From assembly GCA_040954595.2 (NCBI GenBank), contig CM082578.2:11911166-11975165 (forward strand): a stretch of 64,000 nucleotides of DNA. Direction: 5' to 3'. This document shows, piece by piece, positions 1 to 14,000 of the stretch. The position numbers were made by a program, and so were the translations under genes. Each line of letters begins with the position of its first letter. Positions within the stretch are counted from its first letter, which is position 1. Origin of the DNA: Balanoglossus misakiensis (Eukaryota; Animalia; Hemichordata). The notes beneath the pieces are model-generated. The model saw only the letters and a program-made list of their open reading frames with translations, did no database searches and was not told where the DNA came from.

Positions 1-1329
1 TGTTGCATGTGTATGGATGTGCCAATCCCACATCAGTGTGTCACCTTTGATGGCATGTGATCGGTTGAGACACATGTTGATCCATGGTGTGATTTTCTGG
101 GCTGTACAGTGTCTCTGAGTAAGCTTAAGGTCAGTGTTATGTAATAGATGTTGAACTTTGCCCAGTCTCTCAATTTACCACATGCATATATTAGGGGTCC
201 ACCATTAGATCTTAGGAGGGACGTGGTTACCATATTGATTAAGATATGCAATTTTTTATTATTTTCTAGACATGATAACTAATATGGTGTATATATAATG
301 CAGAAACTGGTGCACAGTCTGAAAGACATCAAGCCTCCTACCCCATAGCATCAACATTTGAATTCCAGACACCGCGGAAAAAGAGAAGTCCAAAATATTA
401 TAAAAGATGAAAAGGTAATGTCCAATCTAGTAACCGTGGTCCAATGGAGCAGGTAGGGAAAAATATATTAAATGCCATCAACGCGACATCAATGTCATCT
501 TCTCAACCCCCTTCCCATATGAAATGGTCCACCCTGACTCAAATTAGCAAAAAAATATTTTGAGTTTTGTAAATAATTTTGGTGTACAATAGTAGGTCTG
601 ACATATTTTTCACCAATGATTTTCATCCAGCTTTTTAACTATTTCTGACCACCTCGTTATTATAGTGTGGATCCCTTAGTGAATAGTCAAACAAAATGTC
701 ATGGGAAGGGGGGGGGGGGGGGTAATAGTTTATTGAACTTTGTGTATAGCCAATCTTGTTTATCCTGGTATTGAACAAACAAACTGCACATGTTGTGCCT
801 TATGTCAAGTTCACATTGTCGCACTCTGTTATGTGGCATAGGTTAAGAAAAGGGGTCAGAGGAAAGAGGTAGTCTGGTAACAACTGTACTTGGAGAATAT
901 ATCTACACAGAGGTTAGTGTGTAATGATCATGGTTAAATTCAAAATTATAGAGACCTGAGTAACAGCCTGGTGTTTATATTAGTTAGTAAAAGCAACACT
1001 TTATGGAATCGTTTTCATTTGACCTGTTGTTAATTTACATGCCTGCAACTTTCAAGTGAGATAAAACAGTTATACATTATCCTTAATCCCAGATTGGATG
1101 TACTTGCTAAAAGTGTAGAAGACTGAGCTATTGATTTGAAATGAGAAATACTTTATATGAAATGTTATAGTAAAGTCACAAGTGACAGAAATGACTACAT
1201 GACGTCATGGTTGATGACGTGTTATGTAGTCATTTCAGCCAGTATTTGAGACGTCTTCTGTTTGTATTTTAAGGCGTATGTTTCAACTTGACATGTGCTT
1301 TGAAATATTGAAATATTGAATTTTTACAG

Positions 1330-1440
1330 AATAGGCTGCCGTGTGCTTGAGGCCGAAGTGGAAAAGTCAATTTGCACAGCAGAATAATATTAGGTCAACT
1401 CTCCAACTTTCCGTCCACCATGGATTCTCCAACCCTGCTG
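1330..1440 (+). other. Candidate upstream exon of LRRK2 carrying a strong-Kozak ATG
   Basis: Acceptor tttttacAG (1328-1329), donor GTAAGA (1441); CCACCATGG with ATG at 1420 gives MDSPTLL ending in phase 0. Confidence 0.4.
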
Positions 1441-4400
1441 GTAAGATACAGTCAAACTTGACAGTGTGTTTTCATACCATGTTTAGCTTTAACACAGTCC
1501 CTGTGATAGAGGGACTGTGGCTTTTACAAGATAATATGCTGCTTTGCAACAAAGTTGTGTTTTTCAAAGGTTTGTCAGATGTCTGTGTGATAACGCTAAA
1601 GAGTGGAGAGCGCCCTCTGTAGACTGTAACTTAGGATTGTTGAAGTGTGACTGCCTTGTCTTTTCAGGTAGTCTTTAAAAAAAGTTGTTCTTCGCACATT
1701 AAAGTACATATTTCAAGATAAAACATATAAGAATAGATGAGAGATTGTAGCTGGTAAGAGTCTAGTTGTACACATCCCCATGTATTTTCGTTTTACAAGC
1801 TCCTGTGAATGGAAATCAGTGAGGCTAACAAAATTTTGACTGACATTCTCACTAAACCTTGAAATCTTCTCGAAGAATATTTAAACCTTTGTGGTTGATA
1901 AACTGAGTGTTATTTTTTAACGAGATTTGTCTTTTGGTACAAATGTGGGATTCTTTAATTATTGGACTCTTTGAGCCAAACAGTGCGCTGAAGTTGAATT
2001 ACATTCAATTAATTAACCTGTGTACAAGGTGCAAAAGTTCAGAAAAACGAAGGAATCTGTGATGAGGGTTTGTTTTTGTTGGTGCGATGACTGTACTGTC
2101 ATGTGAGCTAGCTTCTTGTGTCTACTACACCTTTCAATGGAAATTTGTTCAGACTTCTTTTGTTGTGAAACAAGTGCCGGTAGTCACATGCTTTCATGGT
2201 CATGCACATGTTCAAACAGAAGGCTGCTTTTTACAATTAGATGTTTGAAAGGTTAAACAGGAATCAGGGCGATCAAGCAGTCAGGTGAAACACCAGTGCG
2301 CATGACCACCTTGGAAAAAAAATCACCTGCTTCTGAGTTGTGAACTTCGTTGCATGCAGCAGTTTTCTGAGGAAAAGTGTGTGCTTGTAACCATAGATTG
2401 ACATGTGTACATGTACATGTGTATGAAGAGTGTCTATAAATGGCTTCTTTTGTTTGACATTGGCTCTTGATGTCTGTCATGTGATGCTGCTGTCACGTGT
2501 AGGCTCCACTTGTGTCAAAAGTTTTTTGCCGAGGTGGGCTATGTGGACATTCATGCCCACTGTCCGGGAAAGTTAAGCGGAGGAGATCTTGATGAACTAT
2601 TCTGGTAGGTTCCAGTGTGTCATCTTTGGATGGGTTTAGTTCAACGTGTCAAAGTCTGCAACTGTTGGTGTGCATAGTTATAGAAATTTTTTATTTTGGT
2701 CTGAAATTAATGTTGTTTCCTCATACTAATTTAAACTTAACTATGGGTTGTGGGAGCTGTACTTTTGCACTTCTGGTAGATATTTGTTATCATTTTTGGT
2801 CTACACCATCATAATGATGATCTTTACACTATAGAATAATTTTCGTAATTGATGAGCACATGCTGTTCTTATATACCGTATGTACCGGTATAAGGTAGAC
2901 TACCATGGTATACAGTGTTGGGATATTAACAAACGGTCTTTTTTATCAGTGGCAATTATTAAGTTGTCAATAGCTTCATTGACTGCCTCAAACGTGTGTG
3001 CATGTCTCTCCTCTGACAGGCATGTGATGTCGAGAAACATGATTACATAACGAATCACATAATGTAAACATACATTAATACAACAAAGCTGTGTGTATTG
3101 ATTTTGTAGGTGTTTCCAAGAATTCTGTAGTGTATAAATAATGCATATAACTGTCAAGTATAGGGAGAAGTCTATACCTGAGGAAACTTGAGCACAACAG
3201 TTGAAAACATCAACACTCCCACACACCAGCATGGGTCAGCTTTTGTGGTGTTCCAGACCGTGAATAACCACACCTGAGTTTTGCACAAACAAACGAACTG
3301 GTCGACCCACTTGTTGGATCGTTTGACAGTTGTCCACACACCGAATGATTGTTATGCAAATTATATCCCACAATGATATACTGCTGGCACGGGCCACTGT
3401 TCTGTTTCCCCAGTTTGCTGTATGTACTTTCTGTGGTAGTCTGTCTGTTGTAGAAGTTTTGAAACTCTGGACATAGTAAACTTATGCTAGTATTTTCACT
3501 CACACACTTACCGTACAGTTCCCTAATAAATTGGATGTGATTCAACCGTATAAACAATAAATGTCAACAAGAACTAATACGAGAACCAGGGATTGTAAAT
3601 TGCCCCTTTAATTGTGTTTTGCTATATTCCCTTCTGGCGAACTGAAAACTACAGTAACTGTTTAAAGTCCACAGTTATCGGTGTGTCAACTGGTATTTGT
3701 ATGCCTGTCATCACCAGAAATTTCACAAACTGAATTGATTACCTTCCGAGAATTGCATGCTGTTATTCCCATTGTACCGGTATTAGATCAAGACATATTT
3801 ATCATGACAATTTTTTCGGTGACCACCTGAATTATATTATTATTACAATTACTTCAAGTAACTAGCTTAACACAGTAGTTATGTTTTGGTACTGAAATAG
3901 CCGTGAGTTCATTGTTTACCAGAGTAACATGGCATGTGTTTTTGACATCTTTTACATTGTTCTGTGACAGGTCATGTGATGTGCCGGTTCACCAGCTCTG
4001 AGTAGATCTATGTAGATTTTACAGTATATTGACTCAAGGAGGCAATTGGGACACAGAGTGTTGGACCGGTATAGTGGGCTTCTGACAGCACAGTTTATGT
4101 CGACAGCTCTGAGTGGGTGCATAGGTATTATGTAGAGTCCGGCAAGTTTAATCGTGGCTAGGACCTGAATGTGAACAGGGTTTAGTGCAGTCGCATGATT
4201 AGCAAAAGAACAATGCGTAATAAAAATATGAGTGTAAGTGGGTGGTGGAATGTGGTAGGTCATAAAATCAAAGACCATCTGGCACGCGAGTGGCACCTGG
4301 GCATGTAGAACTCGTAAAAAAACATCATGTGATCATCACAGATATACACCTGAAGTTGAACATTAACTTAATGTTAAATCATTGAGGAGTACACAGTAGG

Positions 4401-4934
4401 CGCATGGGGGGACTGCTCATTTTGCCAGGCCCTGGACGTTTAGCCATAAAAGGCAGTACTAATCAACTTTTCTAAGGCAAGTTCACCTCTCTTGTGTTTG
4501 TTCCGGCTCTCGTCCATTTGTGGAAATCACAGACTTTGCTTTGCCTTTGGCAAGTATTACATGTCTGGTGATCTTAAGTTCTTAACTTAATTGAACTTTG
4601 GATTTGCCTGTAATACGCAGCTTTGCAACTCTGTGAACTTTGGTTTTTGTAGGACTGTAGTTTATCCCAATGTGTACATGTATATGTCTCAACTGGATTG
4701 TTTTTGACAACTTGAAGCTTGTAGGCCAATTATAAAATCACTACTTGCAAAATTTGTCATGTTCATTTTCTTTGCTGTATGGTTTTCATGTCCATAATTG
4801 TTACGGAGAGAAAAGTTACAGAGACACTGTTAAGACTGCAGTATTTATACAGCTACATGTATTGCATGGGTACTTAATACACATCACTTTAATTGGCCTT
4901 TGACACTAGTAGTAGCCACTGTTTTTTATAATGC

Positions 4935-4988
4935 ATTGTATTGTATTGTATTGTATTATATTGTTTTGTACTGTATTGTGTTGTGTTA
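4935..4988 (+). repeat. (TTGTA)n degenerate pentanucleotide microsatellite
   Basis: attgtattgtattgtattgtattatattgttttgtactgtattgtgttgtgtt. Confidence 0.8.
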
Positions 4989-5989
4989 CTCCATGTTGTA
5001 AATTCCATTTAGCATGTCAAGACCAGTGTGAACTGGTTCATGGCTCATTATTTCTTGTCATAATATGAATCATATTTATATGTATATGACATCTTGTTTA
5101 CATACATTTCTTTTGACAGTTGCTCTCCCCAAACAAGGTAATAACGCTATTGATGTCTGTCACCAGTTTTGTTTCGTGTCAGCCTCAACCCTCACCCTGA
5201 TTTTGACAGTGTTTGTGTCAGGCCAGGGATGACAATTATTTTATGAAAGTGAAGGCCCATTGAAGTGTGTATTTTTCAACTTGTCACAAGTTCACATCAC
5301 AAGTGTATTTATAGTCAAACTTCAGGTTGCTTTATCATAACATACACAATATTTCTGAAAAAGTCGGATTTATAAGGTGAAAAGGATTTTAGTGGCAACT
5401 TGAATGAAATAGTGGGTAGATCGCAAACTGCCTACTCATATCAACAGAAGTAATTTATTGTAATCAGCAAAACTTAAGTCACATTTGCACTCCAGCTGTG
5501 GATGACTACAGTAACAACAATGAAATGTATTTGGTAGTGGTAGCTCTCATAGCTATTTAGGTTACTTGGCAAATGCAAACACTTCAGGTGAATTGTCCAT
5601 GGTTATTTTTGTACATTACCCTGAGTGTTATCGATAATTCTTAGTGAAATGATCTGGCTGGTGGGTGGGTGGGTGGGTGATTATTAAACAGCTGGCATAT
5701 TGCCTATAAGACTGTCTATTCCTGATTAATATAACTGGTATGTAGACATTGAAGAAAAGAAACTTACACTGTACATGTAAAATGCGAGTCTTGATGATGC
5801 ACTGACGCAAAAAAAGAAGTCACGATTTCATGGTAAATCCATAGGGTTAATGATATTTCAGAAGCTTTTCATGATTTTGTGTGGAAACAGCTTATATAAG
5901 TTTGTGGTTATACTTTTAATATATGATGCTTTTGTGCTGAAGTCATTGATACCAGATAAGCAGGCTCGATCAAATCAAAATTCCAGCAG

Positions 5990-6373
5990 TGCTAGAAACG
6001 GACGAAAGCCAAATGGCAGTGATTTTCGCGGATGCGTGCACTGCAGTTGTGAAGATGAACTTTTCTTTGTTGCCAGTAGAACTTTGAGATCCCCCGTGAC
6101 AGAAATCTGGAAGTGAAAGTTTTTTTGTTCGGTGACCGGCTGGGGCGTCAGAGGTCAACCATGTGTGAAAGTGATATCTTTAGTCCCACACTGGTTCCAG
6201 TGGTGTTTATAACCGCAATGCTGCCGCAATGGATTGCTCTGTTGTAAAACTCATGTGTCCGGCTGTAGTGTGATGAACATCAAGTCGTTTCCATGGAAAT
6301 GCATGCACGCTGCAGGGCTGCCTGATTCTCTGTGAGGGAATTTCGCTCAAAACGTTTTGTCTTTGCGGTACAG
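5990..6373 (+). promoter_or_regulatory. CpG-enriched segment ending at a splice donor; possible alternative promoter / non-coding first exon of LRRK2
   Basis: Local CpG enrichment relative to flanks; donor cag|GTTAGT at 6374; next strong acceptor is 7985-7986, just upstream of the ATG exon. Confidence 0.3.
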
Positions 6374-8015
6374 GTTAGTCAGCAACACAGATCTTGCGGC
6401 ATGCGTGACAACTTTGTTGACATGTTCTACATTTTGCACCCGGTGTATTGTGTGTTGGTGTTATGCTGTGTTATTTCGCTCTGCCTGGCAGGGCTGTGCG
6501 TCTTACGTATGACTATGCTTTGGAGGCGTACCCATAAAACTTAAAGCCCATCCATGCATAGCTAGCTGTGTATATGCTTTTATTTGCTATTGTCCAAATT
6601 GCTTTCTATTTTTCCTATGTTACCAGTATTTCAATCAGTCAGCAGCTGGGTGGATAATATTGGATTATCTCCGTCGGTTGGAGCTCATATATTTTATGTT
6701 GTGGCCGCGCAGTCATTGTATAGCATCAGATCAGCTTGACCATATAATTTTATATCACTTGTAATCATAAAATAGATTGCCATTTCAAAGTGATCACTGG
6801 TGTTACGCTATATAAACACCCTACGTTAATCGGGTGATAACACGTACATGTATACATAATAGCATGCAAACTGTAGATTTAATAAACCTTGTGGTAGTGA
6901 TAGTGGCAACGATATTATTAAACCAGAAGTCAAAACAGCCCTGCAGAAGAAAGAAATGAAATACATGCTGTGCATGTGTTATTTCACTGTCCTACATCTT
7001 TGGTGATTACTAGTATATTGAAGGTCAGCTGAACTTTATGACCTTCAACCTGCTTCCGAGGTCATATGTGTCAATTTTTTTGCAATTCCATATGGAAGTG
7101 CAAATGTCTCTGAGACTTGCTTAACAGTTTCATGTTTCAGTGAAAATTGACCCACTTATCTTTATAGTCTGTTTGAAGTTCTTTCATATTTTACATCAAA
7201 AACATTACTGACCATCGTTATACTAAAAACTTATCAGGTGTGATTTATTTACCTGAAGGTATGAAATAAAACTGATCATTCTCATGCACAAGAACTATAA
7301 TAACTTTTCAGCAAATCAGTACTTTTTGGTGAAGAATCTAGTTTTATGAGAACCACAAGTTGAATAAGCCAAAGGGTCCGAGTGTGTTGTCCTTTTGTTG
7401 AACTCCACTATAATGGGAAATAGGGCATCGTTCTGTCCACTAAGAGGGGTGACCGCTTTTTTGAGAGCACAGACGATGTACAAGTATTGTTAACATAAGC
7501 AATTTTGCAATGCATGCTCTTAGACTTAAATGTTGACATGATACTAGCTGTGTGTGCACACTCTTTCTAAACAATTACTTCTCTTTCCAAACATGCCAGA
7601 AAACAATTGGTAGTAGGGATGACTTGGAAGTTCAGATGCGTGTCTGTGTGTTTAAGACTGAGTTTTCTTTGAAAAAAAATCACAGGGCCGCCAGGAATAG
7701 AATGGTGCATGCCAGCTGAGGACTTCAGGAATATGGGAGTGCTCTGCATATGAGTTTTTGTATGTATATTCTGCACTTCACATGCTCAGCACACATCGTT
7801 GTCTCCTCCGCACAGCTTTGGCTAATCGTCCTGGGTACAGTCAGGGAGGTCCCATGCCTGAAATAAATATACATGTACCGGTATCTTGGCTAGCGAAGCT
7901 GGCTCACACGTGTGCACATGACGGCTAAAATTGTGCCAAATTTTTGAATTTTTGGTAATTTTCCGAGGACTTGTTTTTGTTGACAGGGTGGTGAGAAAAC
8001 CACGGTAAAGGAAGA

Positions 8016-11000
8016 ATGATGGAGAACGATGGAAGAATCTTGAATGAAGAAAGGACTCTGGATCTCCTGCTTCAACTGAAGAATGATTTTAAGCCAAAAG
8101 GTCTCTGTCGGGCCACCGAGGAACTGATAGAGCTCGCTAAGCATGGTAAGTATAGTGCTGGGTGTGTTGTTAGCTATCTGTCCAGTGATTGGTGCTTATA
8201 AATTACATATTACCAGATACTGTATAATCCTTTAAGTTGTGTTTTTTCCCTGTCAGATGACTGTATCAAGATTATGGAAGGTTATTATGCTCACCGTCTG
8301 ATTATAGATATGATGAAAAATCTCAGATCACATGGTGAGAATCAAAAGGTATGTACTGGTACATGAGATGGAGTGAGATCGCTGTATGACTTTGTAAGTC
8401 TACAACATATTCATAAACTACCGGTATGATGAATAATTTTAGTGACATACATGACAAGCATAACAGACACACTAGAAAATGAAGTCTTGTGATATCCAAG
8501 ATTCACAGCATTAGATTAGTGTGATACTTAAATTAGCAGAGACAACACACATAATTTTAAACTGTTTGTGGACTTACCCATGTGTTACATGTCTGTTTAT
8601 TGGGGGGAGATGACCTGTGCTACTTTTGTCCCTGCACTCTGTGACTCTGTGACATTATGTTACGTCGATGCTGAAATTAGCCTGAACATTACACAAACAT
8701 GATTGAACGTAAAGTGAAAGTATACAGGCTATTGTGTTTCTTTGTTATGCTAAATGTGAATTCCCGTAGTCCGGCCAGCGCAGGTTCAAAGGGTCATGAT
8801 TTGCATTCAGTCAGCTTATCCTTGGCCGTATACCCCCAGACGTGTGTCCCCAACCCCGCATTTGCCCCCAAAAGTGAAGATGATCGGTATAAAAAGAACA
8901 CCGTATTCTGAGTTTGGCTTCAGAATGTCGAAAACTTTATACGAATCAAGATGTACACCACAGCGTGCAGGTACGTTTATGAATTTGTCTTACTTTGTTT
9001 TGTTTTGCTGTTGTTAGGTTGGTTGCCTAGCATTGTCAAAGATGATGGCCAAGAGTGAGAATTTGAAAAATCTCATTTTACAGAGTCAAGCTTACAGGTA
9101 GGATACAATTTTTTCTCCAACATTTTTTGTCAATTTTTTGGGGTATTGACATTTTTGGGTATTGACATTTTTGCCAACTTTTGGGGTATTGACATTTAAA
9201 TCAGTTCCATTGAAGCATATTCATGAAAACTTTGAACATTTTAGACTTTTCTTTTCTTTTTTATGTGTGTGTCGATGAAGATGAACATTTTCCTTTTTAT
9301 TATGCAGTTTTTATAGCTTTTTTAATTGATTTAACATCACTGAGCATCTGTCTATGAAGCAAATAGTGAAACATTTGTGATCAAAAACACTTTGTATTAT
9401 ATTTAAATGAAAATTAAAATCTGAATGGTATTTATTAACATGAGAGCCAGGAGCCAAGAGATATTAATTGCTTCATGTTTTGGCAGTCTAGCAATTACTG
9501 TCTGAAACCGTCCATGAAATTTTTCTACCCATTCAAGTTGTCTGTTTCTATACAGAAACTAAATATACATTGTATACAGAAACTTAATTTCCTTAGGCCT
9601 TTTTCAATCGACATGTACTCCAAAAGAATTTTCATAATATTCACACATTAAAAAAAATTATCCACTGCAGGTTAAACCAATTAAAAATTAATTCAGCATA
9701 TGTTCAAAGAATGGCCCTGTTATGCCCTTTCCGTGGAAACATTCGACAGTGACAGTGAAAAGGATCAGTTTGAGCTCTGAGAGTCTTCTGTGCTTTCATT
9801 TTCATTGCCATGGTTACAGAGGCTTTCGGAGACTGATAACTTTATCTGCAGATACTCTCATAGTGAAAAAAGTATAGCCACGTTCTTGGGTACAGCCATA
9901 TGATTCATTGATTTACTAATTAAGTCCCCTAAGCCTTGTTGGGGGTGTGAGGTCAACTATTATGTTTTGAGATCTTTAACAGTTTCCCAGATGATGTCCA
10001 TTAAGTGGCCTCTGACGACACGAAAAAATACCCCAAGGAATCATTGAACTGTTCTGTCACAACATATATCCGCATTGGTGTGGACATTTACAATTTCCAT
10101 GATGGCTGCCAGTCACCTTTTTGTTCAACGATTGATTATTTTGACGAGAACAATAGGGTGAAAACCATTGTACATGTATTATTATTAGCTTTTTCTAAAC
10201 TCTTGACAATTACAGAATCTGCGCATTCATAAGTAGAATCACATGTTCCTTAATTTTCTCATCAGATTTCCTTTTTAACATTACCTGCAAGTAAGTCTGC
10301 ATAAGCACTCCACCAACAACTGTAAAAGTTTTTTTTTTTAAATTGACCTTGTTGTAATCAAAACAATGACTCAATGATCAAGGCTATGATATTTCACAGT
10401 GTCTTTGATAACCTGACCTTCAGTGGTTTTGCTAATTGTTCTCAACATATTGATCAATACTGTCAACAGTTATCCTGTCCGTGATCAACCTTCACGTCAC
10501 TTAAATTAAACACAAAATGCTGTATGTACACGTAGTTGCACAATGATTGCAGGCCGTACCATACTACTGTACTGGCAGTGATGTAGGTCCAACCGTAGCA
10601 CACTAATCCTAGCTGCTCTGTCATGGTGGAACATTTGATCAATATCTTCATGTGCTATTCTTTCCAGACTCTGTTCTTAAAAATGAAGAGGTAGGAATTC
10701 CACCTTAATTATATTGCCAGTTTCACAGATACTTTTTTAATTTCGTCCAGTATTGACATTTGGTTTTTTTTTTGTCTATTAATCTATCTGTCTGCGTTGT
10801 GGCTGTGCAGCTCGTAATTGTTATGTCATTGAACCATTTCACCCCCATTTTTGTGTCTATGGTTCCAACTGCGCCAAAGAAAACAGTGGGAGTTGGAAGA
10901 AATATGGTGGCACTGAAAGGGGTTCAAAGCAGCTAAGCATTCATTAGCAGGCGCGGTAGCTATGGTGATAAAGTTTTGTTGATAAGCTACAGGTGTGCTG

Positions 11001-14000
11001 TGAAAAAGAGAATTGCAAATCAGTCTGTGTCTTGTGATTCACTTGTATTGCTGGAAAGATTGGTGTCGCAGCGTTTATTTAAAACACAAACTACAAAGTA
11101 AGTACCAGTATACTACTTGGTAGCACATTATGTGATGAAGATATAGAGTGGGCGTGATAAAATGGAGCAAGTCTGACTTGTTCACATTATTTATAGAAAA
11201 GACAAACTTTGCTTGCATGGTTTATTCATACATTAGCACCCTGGGACATTTTTGACCATTATTGTCAAGTGGACTTATTGAAATATCTCGAAGGGAATGT
11301 AAATCTAAATTGTACCATATATTCTTCCATTTGGGGTTTTCCATCAAAGTGTAATCAGTGTCCTCACCGTGTACCGCTATTGTCTTTTGTATCAACCCTA
11401 AGTCAAATGACCTTAAAAGCGATTTTAGGACTACAATGGCAAGGTCATATGTGCATCTTGTTAAACCATTGACTTATATGTTCGAGTAACATAGCAATTT
11501 TGACTGAATTTCAGGCTTCATACTAGTTGGTCTGTCTTATAGACATACATGTACTAATACTTGTAGAAGCATATGTGTTGGTTAAAAAACGTGACCAACC
11601 ATCAAAAAACTCCCCTTTAAACAAATATTGACCTGTCCGCACGAGTTTTCTTTGTTACACAAATTAGCATATAACTGCATACTTTTTGTTCCCAATCTTT
11701 TTTTTAAATGGTTTTAAATTTGGCCCAACATAATGGCCAAACCACGGTCGGAGGGACCGACTGGCCAAACCATCAGAGCTTAATTGCCGGAGTGGCTGTG
11801 AAGTAACTCAGCATGCCGCAAAATTTCCTGAAGAAATACCATTAACAGGTGGTTTGTTAATTACGGCCAGGAGAGTCTTGGTATATGGCAATAAATTGAC
11901 ATGTTTGCTGTCCTGCATTTATAGTGATATAACGATAATACGTCCTCAGTCATTGTTTCTTGATCATGTTCATGTCACTCAGAACCAGAACTTTCTTGTC
12001 TGTATTGACTAACTGTTGTGATGGTAGTAAATACTCTTTCAGGCTTATATTATGTAACCACCAAGAAAGTCGATCGTGGTACATTCATGCAGTGAATGGA
12101 CCATAAGCTTTATCATTTGTTATGGTGTGTCACAGTTCGTCCTTTACCTTCGAGGGTTTAAGGGAAGGGGTCGTCACGTCGCTTGGGTTGACAAGAATTT
12201 GTCCTCCCATACCAGCGCAAACCCCACTGCAAACTTCAGTTGCTGTCTGGCCCACTACACTACGTTTGGCTGCTTCATTCATTCCAAGAATTATCTTATT
12301 TTAGGGGATTTGTGGATGAATTGTAATGTTTATAAACAAACGCGCGACGACCCTTTGTTTCTATACAATAACATAGGTACATGTATACAGGGGAGTTGTG
12401 GGGGAGGGGAGATATACGGTATATGCAGTCACATTTTTTCTGCCCAATTTATAGACAACTCTCATTTTGTCCAAATCCTCAATGACGTTTGATGATATGT
12501 TGAAGTTGAACCCCTACAGAGGCAAATAGGGATCAGACAATTAAGGGAATTAAGCTGGAGGGGAAAATTCAATGCAACCTTCTGTTATTTCCCTCCACCT
12601 GGCCCGTGTAGCTGCAGGGCTTCAGTTTTCAACATCATGCAGATAAGCTCTGGTGCAAGTACACGTGCGAAAAGTGCTCCCCAGAACCGGGATGAGGTAC
12701 ATTGTATTACATGAGGAGAGACTGCACTTCAAATTTCACCATGTCATTGACCTGCAAGTCAATGACCCTGAATTATATAGCCCAGTTACTAATGGCCTGG
12801 ATGTGAGACAACCTTTGTTGTGGAAGTACGCAGCTCATTTGAATAAAAAGCAATACAAACAACCCAGCATGGGTATATAGAGCTCAATTCAAGAGCCGCA
12901 TGCATTAGGGCAGGCAGTATCACAGTCTCGCTTTATCCACAAGGTACGTTGAGTGCAGCGTGTGAGTGCAGTGTACATATTCTTTTCAATATATGGTCCT
13001 GTGATTGTCATTTCTGCATGACTTTCCTTTTCTGTCGTTGCTTCGTTTTTCTTTGATCATACTTACGGTAGATGCCGTTAGAAACTCTCAGTCTTTTGGA
13101 TAAAGTATTGTTTTTAAGTGTACTTCGATCAGGTTTTAATATACAGGTATTTAATGATTTTCTTTTATAATGATGAGACCGTTGAACAAAATGTCATAAA
13201 ATGTGATTTTCCAGTTTCAACGCTGGTGTGGACTGTTTAAAAAAAACTTTGCAACTTGCTGTATGTGAAGTGCAGAGAAGTGCCACATGTTGAAAAAAGG
13301 TGGGGGGGGGGACAGAACATGAAAATTAAGACTGCCTTTAGATTATGATGTAAAACAAAGATTTTGTGACGCATCGTGGTGACAGTGATTGTATAACTAC
13401 ATGCATGTTGACTGGCATACATCTACAATGTATTTGACAGTGAAAATTTACGCTTTGCATCTAGAAATAGTCGATATCACAATTTGGTGTAATTATAGAG
13501 CAGTTCATGTTTGTTCGCGTGCAATCGTCTGCACAGATGGCAGACTGTTCTCTTCATTGTGGGCATGTCACATACCGGCCTGACAGTCGGGGTTGATCTG
13601 ATTCCATGTCCCTTTTGTTAGCGCCGATGCTTGTTTTTAATTTCAACCCAAACTATTAAATGTGAATATTTTATTTTTAAAAGGTTTATTTCAATGTATA
13701 ATCTTTGGTACAAAATATTTTCAAGGTGAAAGTAATTTGCATCAACACAGGCCAGAGTACCGGTATATGCAATCCTGATTTGCATTGAGCTTGAAGGTCA
13801 GCCAGTCGCGTTGAGAATTAATTATTCATTAATTGAATGCAGTTATATAATTTGCAAATGATATTTTGATGATGTACATGCGTAGCAGATGATCAAAAAT
13901 ATCTCGTACGATATTGCGTGCATTCTGTATGGCTTGCGATTCTCACAAGTTATGAATCTTGGATAAATTCGGACCGAACGTAAGCATTAATTTATTATAT

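Noticed and set aside
270-413. Exon-like segment with AG and GT boundaries
   Set aside because: Stops in all three frames near the acceptor; at most a non-coding exon that cannot be assigned without transcripts.
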